Shown: in pieces, positions 25,999 through 38,692 of the stretch
How positions within the stretch are numbered: the first letter of the stretch is position 1
How the letters are laid out: every line of letters starts with the position of its first letter
Assembly (NCBI GenBank): GCA_020536535.1
Contig: JAHLWZ010000734.1
Location: 4,016-68,015 of the forward strand
DNA length: 64,000 nt
Source of the DNA: Pelomyxa schiedti
Taxonomy: Eukaryota > Protista > Evosea
Direction of reading: 5' to 3'
Program-made: the position numbers and the translations under genes
Notes under the pieces: generated by a model
Seen by the model: the letters and a program-made list of their open reading frames with translations, nothing else
Told to the model about the DNA's origin: nothing
Databases searched by the model: none

Positions 25999-28900
25999 TC
26001 AAATTGCCATTGACAAAGCAAGGGCCAACAAGGCAACAAGTGATGGAACCACGAGTCCATTGGCGCCACTGGTGGAAAACGACGTGGGCTCAGTGGAGCC
26101 GCTTTCTTCAGTGGACCCAGACTCCTCATCGGACTCCTCAGTGGAACCTCCAGATTCAGTCCCAGACTCCTCAGTGGAGCCGCCAGATTCTGTCCCGGAC
26201 TCGGCCCCGGATTCATACGATATCTCGGTTGATGTCGTGGATGATCCCCCAGTCGACGTCGTGGATCCTCCCGTGGATGTTGTCGATCCCTCTGTCGATG
26301 TGGTCGACGACCCGGTAGTCTGTGAGGACTCCGACGATGACGACGAGTGCGACGACTCGGAGGAGCTTCTGGCCACCAGGACGTACTTGGCTCCGTCGAC
26401 GCAGTCGCCGGCGTAGTAGGTCTTATGGGAATCGCACCACGTGCAGTCGGCGGAGCACCCAGAGTCTATTGTTATCAGCGTGTCTGCCACTGAGACCTTG
26501 TATGGCTTGTTGGAAACGAGCTCGTGGTGCGTGCAGCCCAGTGGAAGGAAATAGACGTTCGTCTGGGTATCCAGGACATCGTCGCATGTGGAGCCGTCAT
26601 ACTGGTAAACCCAGACTCTAATTCCCAAGTTAAATGTTTGTTTGGTGGGTGGGTTGGTTGGTTGGTTGGTTTGTTGGTTTGTTTTGACTGTGTGTTTTGG
26701 GCAAGGGAAAGAGGAAGAGGAAGAGCTGGGAAATGCATACCCGTCGTAATCTTCAACGGTGGTGGTGCATTCAGTTGTGTTTGATACATCTTCAATTATC
26801 TCACACGTTTCCTCTTCACACATCAACTCCCTTGTTGCATATCCCTCCACGAAAAGGGGTGTTGTCTCCCCACAGACATCTGTATTACAACACAACTGAT
26901 CAAAGGATAGAAAAGACCTAAAACAACAACGCACCGTCGTCGAATGCACTGGATAAATGCCAAACTGGAGGGTCGGTGGAAATGGCACTGCAATCGAGCT
27001 TGTAATAGGCGCCCAAGTCACTGGAGTAATAACAGCCATCAGTTTCGGAATAGGGTGCAAGAATGTAGTCACTGGTATAGCAGGCATAATGACACTCTTG
27101 ATTGCAATTGTATTCCTATTGGCGGTATTGTAAGCCGAAAGAACCGAACAAAGGGGCTCAACTGTAAGGTATCCATCAGAGCAGTCGTAATAGTACGTGT
27201 CTTCCATGTCATATGTTGCAAAGCAATCCGCAGGTACTGCGGTCCAATACAGTTGATTTGTACAAGTTGAATCTTCATAGATATTTATCAGCACTGAACT
27301 GTAAACGAAACGGTCAGTTTTTTTCTTTTAAAAAAAAAGGCAATGTGAGAACCTTGTCTCAAATTTATCCGAGGGAGTCACTTCAGTGCTGGAGCAAATT
27401 CCTGAAATGGAGCCATCATTGTCAATGGATTCGAATTCACGGCAATACTTAGTGTACCAGCTGGACACAGACTCAAGTGTTCCCGGAATAAGACGTGCAT
27501 ACGCTAATAAAATAAGAAAATTATTTAGAAAAAGGTTTGAAACCTGCCCCCAGCCTTTCTTCATGAAGGTAATAAGCAGGGTTGGTATTGCTACAAGAAA
27601 GCATATAGTACTCCGAAGACATTCCCAGACTATTCTGGTAGCACCCTGCAACAACAGGGGTGACATCAGGGTCATTACTAACAACTGGAGAATATGAGCA
27701 CGTTATCATGTCACCACATGTGTCACTGCAGCTGTATTTCTTGTTGAACTCTTAGTTTACCAGGTTTACAAGGCCAAAGTGTAATACCACTAAATCATCG
27801 GCGTCTGTGCAAGACAAGTAGGTAGAAGAATATGTATCACTGAGGCAGTCATCAGAGTATGCAGTCCAGGAAGTCCAGGCAGAGCAGTGATCGTCACTGT
27901 ATGTGTTCACAACCATAGGTCTGCATTTTTTTTCCTCAGTAAAGTAAAAACTGAGTAGTTATTTGGCGCACAAAGTGGTGACATCAGAGGGAACAGGCTG
28001 TGTGGCGTAGCATTCCTGTTCTTTAGTATGTGTATTCACGTCCACGAAAAGTGGTTCAGTCCTACAAAAATCGGAAAGTTCGCATTGGACAGTTTGGAGA
28101 TCTGCAGCGATGAGAGAGGATACGGTATGTTCCAGTCGAACCTGCATCCGGAGGGTAATCCGAGCTCACAAGCCAACCAGAAGTTCCACAAGACAAGATG
28201 CCATACTGATAGTACTCGTAACTGTAAGAGCAACCATATTCCTGGGTGGAAGAGGACAAAATATTTTGACTGAAAAGGCAACTGTCCGAACAAGAATCTG
28301 TGTTGCAAGAGACAAGCTAATAAACCATTAGTGTCTCACCAGGCAACGATGGGACAAACTGAGAGTTGATTGTCTGCGCAATGGAAAAAGTCGGACCAAC
28401 TAAACGAGGGCACACAATCTCCATTGTAAACTACAAACCCGGTTTCACTTGTGCCAGTGCATTCATAATCAGAGCCGTAGAGTGTCAACGTAATGGAGCT
28501 TTTAAAAAGTGAGAAGAATAGATTTAAAGGCACCCTACGTGGCAAAGAAAGTTTTCTTGTCAGGATAGGTTGTTGGACACTCTGTGGTGGTGAAGAACGT
28601 AGAGACTGGATCGTATGAGCAGGTCGCATCCGCTATACAGTACGTAGACCACTCCACATGAACACTGATAAGTGAAGCAGCATCACAAGAACCTTACAAA
28701 ATGAGGATGGACAACTGGAACTGACAACATACACCAAAAAAAAAAAAAAGCAAATGGAAATAGAAATAGAAATGCCAAAAAGAAAGAAAAGAAAGCAACC
28801 TATGTAGCTCTTGACAGTCTTCCAAGCAGGGTAAGTCGACGACGACTCTGAGTCTGATGACGACCCGGAGGAGGAGCTCAGCCAGGACGACGACACCGAG

Positions 28901-29208
28901 GATGAGAGCGACGAGGAGAGGGACGAAGAGAGGGACGACGAGAGCGAGGACGACAGGGAGGAGGAGAGCGAAGACGACAGGGAGGACGACAAGGAGGACG
29001 AGAGGGACGACGAGAGGGACGACGAGGCGGACGACGAGAGCGAGGAGGACAGGGACATGGAGGAGGACGTGGACGACGACTCGGAGGAGCTGTAGGACGA
29101 GGACGCAGAGGAAGACAGCGACGACGATTCCTGCCCTACCGAGGGCCCGAGGAGGAGGGAGAGAACGAGGCCGAGAACAACAACAACGGCTGCCGTTGTT
29201 CGCATCAT
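25999..29208 (-). CDS. Large Cys/Tyr-rich surface protein with signal peptide, poly-Ser N-terminus, S/T/E/G-rich stalk and GPI-type C-terminal signal, spliced
   Basis: MMRTTAAVVVVLGLVLSLLLGPSVG; (SSSL)n tract; repeated Cys modules; ends ...SFSTSGANGLVVPSLVALLALALSMAI*. Confidence 0.75.
28850..29130 (-). repeat. Coding low-complexity tandem repeat, about 12-bp unit encoding SSSL
   Basis: GAGGA(C/G)GA(C/G)GAG-type iterations on the plus strand; translation SSSLSSSLSSSL... Confidence 0.8.
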
Positions 29209-29514
29209 CAAATCGCTTGGTTTTTGTTTCGGTTTGTTTTTTATTTTTTAATTTTTTGTTTGTTTGTTTGTGTTTTCTCTGTGTGGTGTGGAAACAGATT
29301 GACTGATTTTTTTGTTGATCCGTTAACGCGTTCTTTTTGCACCAGATGTGCTTTTCCCTTACTGTGAGGTGAACGCAGACGTAGTCAACCGAAAGACAAA
29401 ATTATTTCATACTTAAAAAAAAAAAAAAAAAACAGAAAAAACAAACAAAACAAACCGAAACAAAAACCAAGCGATTTGATGATGCGAACAACGGCAGCCG
29501 TTGTTGTTGTTCTC
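29173..29514. repeat. Perfect 68-bp inverted repeat (29173-29240 / 29447-29514) with a 206-bp spacer, covering the 5'UTR and start of two divergent paralogues
   Basis: The reverse complement of the left arm equals the right arm, AAAACAAACCGAAACAAAAACCAAGCGATTTGATGATGCGAACAACGGCAGCCGTTGTTGTTGTTCTC. Confidence 0.95.
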
Positions 29515-32500
29515 TGCCTCCTCGGCGTCTCCTTGGGCCAGTCGTCGTCCTCCTCCTCCATCATCCTCGACTCGCCGTCCGGCGGCGACGTGTCCTCCGC
29601 CGAGTCCTCCGGCGGCGCCTCCTCCACAACGAGCACCGGCTCGTCTACGACCGGCTCGGTCACGTCCAGCGCTGGCTCAGTAACGTCGTCCGGCGGCGAC
29701 GTGTCCTCCGCCGCGTCCTCCGGCGGCGCCTCCTCCGCGACGAGCACCGCCTCGTCGACGGCCGGCTCGGTCACGTCCAGCGGCGCCGGCGGCTCTTCCG
29801 GCGCCGAGTCTCCCAGTAGCCCCGCCGGCTCGTCGATGACGGGATCGTCCCCTGCCGGGTCTGGTTCTGCCATGTACCAAATCACTCACCACTATGCCAA
29901 GCAGGGCTACGGTGATGGTATGTGCTTCCCCGCGTTTTTTTTCTTTTTTTCCTTTTCCTTTTTTTTCTTCTTCTTTTGCTCTTTCTCTTTCTTTTTCTTC
30001 GATTTATACTTCTGTCCTACTGAGAATATTAAATAACGTATTTCGGCTTATGGTGGTAACTTTTGAAAAGAGACTTGCATCTCGGATGATTATCGTCTGT
30101 GGGTTGAGGTATAGGCCGTTGTTGGCCTTGGCATTCTATTTCTTCTTCGTCCTGATTGTTGTTCTGTTGCGCAGGTTGCTTATGTTACTGAGTGCTCCCC
30201 TGAGCCTTGTGCCTCTGATATGATGGACTATAATAACAACATACTAGTTGAATGCCAAACTGACGAACCTTTTCAAACGTGGTTTACTAAGTAATTTCCC
30301 TCCCAAATATGTCATATGAATGGACTAACTGTGCGCAGTCCATACACTGTAGTGAAGTACGGTGACGATGATACTTGCAAGACTGTTGTCTCTACAGTTT
30401 ACTATAATCCCTCTTGCTGGAAGAGCCCCTCTTATAACTCATACTTCTATCACTGCGACGCCACAGGTCTATGGGTGTGTCTCTGCCCCAAACAGTAAAT
30501 AGTAACCACATAAACAGGAACAACAGTGCCAATATGCTTGGGATGAAATTACCTGCGACTCCTGTGACTACACCAGTTATGGAACAGGTCTCATCACAGG
30601 GGAAGCCTCTACCTGCATGTTCAGTGGTGAAGAGCTCATTTATTTCTCTGTGGACTGCGGTTCAACAGGCTGGGATGTGTTGGAGGTATTTGCTGATTCG
30701 GAGTACACAGGTTACCTATATTTTGAGAGTAATGATGAACCTCACGTACTTCGTAGATGCCTCTCCTGTCGCCGTCAAGACATCCCCCAGTGAAAACTGC
30801 CATGACGAGCCCGCCCCCTTTTATGACTCCTCTGAAACGTACACGTGGTACCTGTGCTTTGACAGTGCGCCAGAGGGTGAAGATTTTTATGCAAAGTGAG
30901 TGGAAAATTGCTGCCCTGTTTGCGTTTTTGTTCTAACTCCCTGGATTAGCCCCATCTCTCTTACGATGTTTGCTGAAAATACTTGTGAAACTCAGACCGA
31001 TTCCTACTTCTTTGACTCCAATTGCAACAGTATTTCGGGAGGATCCACATTCTGGCAGTGTTCTGCTGATGTTCTAACTGTACCTGCCCACCTACTATCA
31101 AAAATCAGCCTTACTTGAGGCCAGGAAAAAACCTGTTCCTCCGAAAATTGCGTACCCGCATTCTGGTGCGCTGAAGAGGGCAACATGGTTGAGAATGATC
31201 CCACTATGGGAGTGAACGATGGTTGCTACTACACCGACTCCTATAACAGCTGGTACCAACTTGTATGTGGCCCATCAACTCCTGCCTACCAGGTTACAGT
31301 GTCCCGCATGAATTCCAGTACGCTTTCCGCCTTCATTAAGGCACCAAACTCACTACTACAACTCAAGACTATCCCTTCATGCCCGGAGACTTGATCTCGG
31401 TTTCCTGGGTGCACACTGACTTCTGCACCGAGGACTACAACAAGGACTGGGACACCGTGACATATGTGACTTGCCAGGACACAGAACCAACTGTTGCTGA
31501 TTTCTTCAATGGATACGAGTACGGCACATTCATTTCCCTTATGGCTGCCTCTTAATAAGCTCGCAGTCCTCTTGCTATAACCTATTGGGGCGATTCTTCG
31601 TGCTCCGACGACACTCAGACAATGATCGAGCTGAGGAGTCCTTATTGTGTGATTCCACCAAAGAACTTTGACTCTATTGATACACTCTTCTACTCTTGTA
31701 CTAATGGAAGGGTCGATGTAGGTCACCAATGCTCTTCTCCCATTCATTTGTTTTGTTAATTCTTGGTTCTTTGCCGCAGGAAAACGACTGTGAGACCGAT
31801 TGCGTTGATGATTGCAAGTCATCAACCGTGCTTATGGGAACAACCGTCGATAGCGTGTGCTGGACAACTTATGACATGTCCAAATACTATACAGTTGACT
31901 GCGGTGACGCTGTTGAAGCTACAACAGCAAATGGCTTCTGGCAAGTAAGGAGTGCACACACTGACACTGGTATTTGAGCAGTTCTCCTGGTTTATGTTAA
32001 CGTTTTGTGGCAGAATGCAGCACTACTCCTATATTCCAGGAAGCATTCCTGACAACTGAAACAACCTGTGTAGCTGTGGATTGCGAAGCATCACTTTGGG
32101 ATTCATACAACAAAACCAGCTGCGTTGCCGCCGCCAGTTTCGTCCAACAACCTGGGTTTGTTCCCGTTACCTTCTTCCAGGCTCTTATCATAGCGCCCCT
32201 AAAATTGCAGGTTGTGGATGTACGAGTACGATGACGAAACTTGCCTGGATACATCACTTTTCCACATGACTTACCTCTCCGGAGCATGCACAACATACCA
32301 GCAAGTTTCCGGCGACGATTTCTGGCTGGTTGTTGATGGCGGCACAACAGTCTCTGTCAAGTTTGATTGTAACGATGATTGCACGTGGTGCGGAGGTTCC
32401 AGATCGTACTCGCTGGACGCATGCACACCCTACACCGACGACTCTAAATACACAACAACGAGCATCAAGTATAAGCTGGTATGTGTACCTCTCAGATCTG

Positions 32501-32543
32501 AGTCTTTCTTTCTTTGTGACACCCCACCGCGTAGGTCGCCTGA
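29479..32543 (+). CDS. Large Cys/Tyr-rich secreted protein, paralogue of the 25999-29208 gene, no C-terminal anchor, spliced
   Basis: Same signal-peptide start, Ser/Gly-rich N-terminus and Cys modules; last domain WMYEYDDETC...CNDDCTWC...SIKYKL/VA* (final intron ends at 32534). Confidence 0.72.
29577..29781 (+). repeat. Two-copy coding tandem duplication with a 111-bp period
   Basis: GTCCGGCGGCGACGTGTCCTCCGCCG... starts at 29577 and 29688; peptide SGGDVSSA(E/A)SSGGASS occurs twice. Confidence 0.85.
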
Positions 32544-32708
32544 GATCTCTCGTGTCGTCTCTGCTCTATGAGCGATTTGTTTGCACAAACGGAAAAAAAA
32601 GCACCTTTCACTTCTCTTCTTTCGGGTTTTTTTTTTTGTTTCGAGAACGAACAAAGAAGTAGAAACGACATTTTGTTATTTTTTTTTAAGGTTTTGTGTT
32701 TTGGGTTG

Positions 32709-35700
32709 TCAGACGAGGTCCATAACTGGGTTTGTGGACCAGAAGTCGTGTGTGTCCTCCAGATTTAATAATAAGTCCGGAACGGGGCACGCTAGATCCA
32801 GAACTGTTGCAAGAGGTTGGGCCACCAACTTAACAAAGTTCGTCTGTAGTTTGGCCAGTTTTGCAGTTCCGCAAGATCTGTCGGTGAATGGGCTAGGTGC
32901 CACGCCCTGTTCTTGTTCTTGATCTCCTTGTGAGAAAAATTCCATTGTGAGGTTTTTAACCCACTGTTGCATGAGTGTGTGTGGCCGCATTACCTTTTTT
33001 TTTTGGTTTAGTTTGGTGAGCTTTCTTCACACTTATTAATGAGGAGATGGAACATTGGAGATATCTGCTGTTTTGATTGCTATTGCCAATAACTGTGAGA
33101 GGTGTTCTCTGTTGTTTTTAAAATCACGTTTCGGGTTTGCCATCAAGACCTTTTTGGAATTGAGTTTAATGCTTGGATGCTTAAGCACTACCTTGAATTT
33201 GGAGATGATCTCGAAATGTTGCGATACATCAGTAGCTAGGACCAAGTTGATAATCCCTGTTCGTACTTTTTTGCTTGAGTTTAATTTAGCCAGTCCACGC
33301 ATTCTCACCTTGTTTGATTTCTTCTTTTGGCAAGTTCCAGCGGGAGGCGTATTTCGAAAGAAATATTTTTATTGCCAAGCTGGCGTGGAAGTTTTCCAAG
33401 ACACTTCTATCTGAGAAGTAGTTTATGTTTGGTTTTCTTCAAATTAGTATGTACTGCTGGTGTGTCACAAATTACCATTGTAACGCAGGGCTAACTCATT
33501 TTCCGTGGCAATGAGAAATGCCTGACTCTGTGAGAGAGGAATCACTAATTGAGTGTTGTACATTGTTGACACCAGGATGCCCAACATCGTGAACAACTCC
33601 AGATATTATTAAAATGAAGACATCAAGGTAATTAGTGACTCCAATAACTTCCCACAATCCGTGAATAAGTAGATAATACAAACATTGTACAACGTCTGCC
33701 GCATGAACTGTATTGTGATAGTCATTTGGCTGAAAGAATATTTAGGTAATTGCCAGAAATTGTTTCACACGCATTCAACCTTATACAGGTGCTCGATTTC
33801 GTCAATGTATGCCTTAACTTCTTCTGGAGGGATGTTCAATGGGGTTAACACATCCAATTCGTGAAGAACCTTTTGAATGAGGGGTATGCATTAGTGAAAA
33901 AGGGAACATACCTGCATTGATACATTAACTAGAATTCCCTCAGAAGGGATATCAAATAACTGGACGAGAGTGAATAGAAGCAGAAAATGATTATGACGAA
34001 CCGGAAACTGCAGTGATGCCAAGTCCATATCCCCTAATTTTGGCTGGGATGCCTTCATGCTAACTGTAGTTGATGATGGTTGGCTCTGAGGATTTTTTGG
34101 TTCATTAAAGCCACGTGGGGCTATTTCGTCATCCAACCTAAAATATTCATGAGGATGTCAAGCAGAAAAAAGTGATGAATACCATTTCTGAATGTCTTTG
34201 TCAAAGAGTACTTCTTGGTTTTTAAGGTCGGGCATAAAAAGGGCAGTTGTTTGACTCAAATTAAGAATTATCTCTGCAATGAGCTTTTTACTCCTTTTGT
34301 TACTTTTTTCTCTCAAGTCCTGCAAAGCAGCGATCACCTTATTTCACTGATATCAAACTAGGCATGCAAAGAAAAAAAGAGCAAACTTTTGTAATGCCGG
34401 AGTCGAGGTCTATTGCTTGTGGCTTGGTGTTTTGTGTACGAGACAATGTTACTGTTGAAAGTGCCCTTTCGGATACATTACTGCCGCGATTATTTGGCAA
34501 GGTAAAGGCTTACGCAATTCCCACAAGAATAAGTCCAATTCCCAAAGTTATTCCAATGGACAGGAGGAGCCGAGCAGAGAGATTTGCCTTCTCCTCATAC
34601 GTTCTAGGTGAAAAAATGAGTTTGTGCGTGTAAAGTTGGACAACTACTGTGAAGAAATAGCAATTACTCGAATCCATTTTGTATTAGCATGCAAATACAT
34701 TGGAGTCACTGTAATTGATGAAAAGTTCACTTAGAGTGCTTCAACATACCTTCGCTGTTTTTTTTTTAATTAGTAAAATGTCCAACAAATATCAGACATA
34801 CATCTGGTACTGGGTGTTCTTGAATGTGAACGCAAAATAAACAGAGACAGACAGAGAAGTTGTATTGACTCTGTGCTCAATCGCCCTCATGGAATTCGCA
34901 ATTTTTGTATCATTGCATTCAGTGGGTTTCTTTGCGCTTGAAAGATTCAGTTTACATTTACATTTTGATGTAGACATACCCAACTTCTTCGTCAGAAATG
35001 TTGGCCGATCCCATAGAACAGACAATGAAACCCGTAGAATCAACAAGGTAAGCAAAACTCTCATCTCGAAATTCAATTGTGGATAGCATATCTGATAGCT
35101 AGAGAGGAATAAATGAATAATAGAGGTAGGAAATGCTACCAAGAGAGTTTTTGCTCCACTACTTACCCAACCAATGGGATAACCGTAAGGAGAGAAGAGA
35201 ACCTATTTGTCTTAGTTTTTGTAATCAGTCAGTTCCTAATACCTTCTCTACAAAGATCATGGAACTTGTAGAGTCACTGTAAGGAGTTAGAGGAGAGTAT
35301 AATCAGACATCAGTCTTACAAGAATGAAACAAATCCAGGACCTGAGAATACAGTCCCGTCACTTGAATTCAATGGTGGTTCTAGAAGGTAAGTCCACGAT
35401 AGATTTCCATCACTTAGAAACACTGGCACGTGATCTTGTGAGGTTGGGGAAATTATTTCCCCTTTCAAGAGTCCGCCGGTTGAGTTATCTCTGGACATAT
35501 ATAGAAGATTTCCTGTGCCGTCTTCAAATGGAAATATCAGGCTCAACATCTTGAGTATGTTGGGGAGTTGCTAATGAGTTGTAAGTGCATACAATGTCAG
35601 TTTCAGAAACCAAGCGAGTTCCAATGTATGGATCAAAAGTTTCTGGGTGGAGTGGGATGGCAATAATGGAAGCGTGGTTTTTGCCCTGTTGTGGCTTTAA

Positions 35701-36156
35701 TTGACTCTCAATATAATGAGATTGACTAACAGCAATAATCAAACTGGCCTGCTGTGTGTATATTTCTGAACCAGAAGCGCCTTTGCTTTCTGGATCAAAC
35801 ACTATGGAGGCTGATAAAATATTTGTTTGAGTTGACAGAATCTTTCATAGTGCTATGTGAGTCACATGCCAGGACCCAAAAATAAAGGCACAATATAATA
35901 TTACCTGAAAAGTCGACATAATCTCGTTTCCTATCACTGTCCAGACATTAAAAAACCCACCAAAAAAACCAGACATACACTCAGAAGCGTACTTCATCTC
36001 TTCCGCCGTCATGATATCGATTGAACGCTGCAAGGACGCGAACCATGTCCCCCAAACACACACGGCCGTGATCACCACCAACGCCACAGCCACACTAACC
36101 TTGATACTCACCTCTCTGCACCTAGGATGACTCTGCTTCTCAGTATTGGCTTTCAT
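32709..36156 (-). CDS. Membrane-anchored class I cyclic-nucleotide phosphodiesterase with a large domain between two TM helices, spliced
   Basis: YHNTVHAADV, HDVGHPGVNN, SVLENFH, LATDVSQH, KTADISN, EFFSQGDQE, QTNF; TM helices near 36030-36100 and 34520-34580. Confidence 0.88.
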
Positions 36157-36985
36157 CTCTTAGGTTTTTTGTGCTGCCAGTTGTATGTGAGAGACAGCAG
36201 GGAGGGAGCCAAATGGTGGGTGAATGAAACAACACAAACAAACAGCAAAACAAACACATAAAATAGAAACAATACAATAACAAGAAACGGCTTCGTGCTG
36301 TGGCGTTCCACACGGGGGTCGTTAGGTCGCCTTTCACGAAAACGAGTCTTCTGCAAGTAAGATAACGGCTGTTGTTCCGTTGTGTACCTTTCGAGGAACT
36401 GGTTGATTTCAGTTTGGTTCAGTTCACTTCACAAGTCTGGCTGAAAGGTAACTAGACTAGATCCAGAATCTCGGCCCCGGGGGACCTTGTTCCAGCTGAG
36501 AGTCAGAAGGGCAGGGGAGAGTTTTCTTGCTTTGTGTTTGGAGCAGAGCCGAAAGTGGTTCTTGAACAGCAGGGAATTTCCGCCAAAACGAAACCACGTA
36601 GATCCGGATCAAGATAATTCATAATTTAAAATAAACAACCCGACAACAAACCCACCGCCGCACATCCCCACCTCAAAAAAAAACCCAACAAGACCCAGCC
36701 AAACAGCCACAAGATCGTATTCAATAGGCGTTGGTTAAGCCTTCGCACCCAATAAGGGGCACCACAACGCACCCAGCGGAATTTTTTCCGCGACGCTTTT
36801 TCACATCACCACACCCACTCCTTCCTTCCTTCTCCTTCGCTTATCGTTCGTTTCGACCTCGAAAATCCCGTTCTACTGGTCTCCTGCTTGGACCTCGCTG
36901 TTCAGGGCTGTGGACTTTTAAAGTTGCTCGCACTGAAAATTCCTTCCGATATACTACCTCTGTCTAATAAAATTGGAGCAGCTGC

Positions 36986-38583
36986 ATGACTGCGAGTGTG
37001 ACACCTTTCCTCGTTCATTTACTTACCTTTAATAACTTTACTCTGGCAGCCACCACCCTGTCTCATACTTCGGATGTCGTGACAGCACCTTTCAGCTGCA
37101 ATAGAGCGGTGGTGAACCGTTCTCTCCTTTGTACAGCAGTCCCTTCTCTCAATCAAATGCAACGCCCACAAAACGGCCCTTGTGATACTGGCTCCATGTC
37201 AGCCTCCTATTCTCTGCACCACCCTGATGCTGTTGCCAATGTAGTTGATGAGATGGTAAACCTAGTTTGTTGGCTTGGTTTGGCAGAAAGTCTACCCCAA
37301 CTACGCCTTGCTCCATCCCTTGCATCTGTGCTACGCAATACCCCTTCTCCTGTTGTATGGGAAATTGTACGAGGCCTTCATTCAGCCAATAATATTCTTC
37401 TCAAGACAGCTGGAAGCATGCATTCTTTTCCCCAGCCAGCACCCTCACCTTTTACTCCTTTTGCTCAAGTTATACCTACGGTTTGAACCCTCTATATGTA
37501 TTAAACAACTAATTTGGATAGGATAATGGCCCTTGTGAACAAGAGCCACAAAGGAAGAGACCAAGGATTCCTACATTGGAGGGTTTTAATGGCTACTGTG
37601 CCGCTATGTCCGGAACGAGAACACCTGTTCTCACAAGTTCATCTGCTGATACCTCCGATTCTGAAGAGACGTCATGTTACACTTCGCCGCCCTCTCCAAA
37701 TAATACACCCGCTGTCACTGGCCCAACGTCCCCGTCAGTGAATAATCAACAGCAAAGCTGCGTTCTTTCTCCGGACTCTTTTCCTACAACTCCGGCACCC
37801 TCTCCCGTTTGTACTTCTCCCTGTGGGTCTCCTTCTTTTCCTTCGCCGATAGTACCGGCAGTTATGCCAAACTCTCTGTCTCTTCGCGGGTGTGTCTTCC
37901 TTTTTATGTCGATTCTAGTAACCATTTTCCAGAGAAGATCCTGCCATGAGAATCGCCGAAGTGCTCTGTAGTCTACACAAGCATAATGGTGCTCCAGCAC
38001 AATCACCCTGTTTTACAGGGCTAGCACTTAGACATCCCAAGTTGACTACTGGCGAGCTCCTTCAGCATTTGGATATGCAACGTGCCCAGAATAAATTCTT
38101 ACCGGGTGATGTTCCGCTACGCCGCCATCAGGAGGAATCTGTAACTCAGCCATCCTTGCCGGACACTCCACTGTTGGAGTCCCCACCCGTAGCTTCCGAG
38201 TCAGAACCCATGCCAAACTCCAACTCTAATAACTGGGTACATCCTTTTGCTGACTTCCACTTTTTAACAACCAACCCCAGACAATATGCACTTCTTTGCC
38301 ACAAAAACGGAAACGCAGTAAATTACCTCCTGATGCCACTAAGATTCTCAAGGCTTGGTTATTTTCACATAAGGAAAAACCTTATCCAACAGATGACGAG
38401 AAGCTTGGTATGGCATCACATAAAGTTTGCTCAACTAACATGTCCACATAGCTTTGGCAGAGCGCACAAATCTGTCACTCTTGCAATTGAATAACTGGTT
38501 GAGGAAAAATCCCCTCTAAATAAGACTAACAACTTATCAGGTTCACAAACGCTAGGCGCCGTATTCTTCCAAAGGAGGACTGA
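36986..38583 (+). CDS. Hypothetical Ser/Pro-rich protein, spliced; ends approximate
   Basis: Successive long ORFs separated by GT-AG intron-like gaps; no recognised domain. Confidence 0.45.
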
Positions 38584-38692
38584 GTGAATATACCACCACA
38601 ACAAGTAATTGGGGATTAAAAAAATTGTAAACTTTCTTCCCTCCCAAATTTGTTTCCATTTTCTTTGTCACCGTCGTGATAATAACTAATAA

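Noticed and set aside
26060-26416. Asp/Val/Pro-rich plus-strand ORF, and likewise 28857-29306 and 29385-29885
   Set aside because: Antisense readings of Ser/Thr-rich coding repeats.
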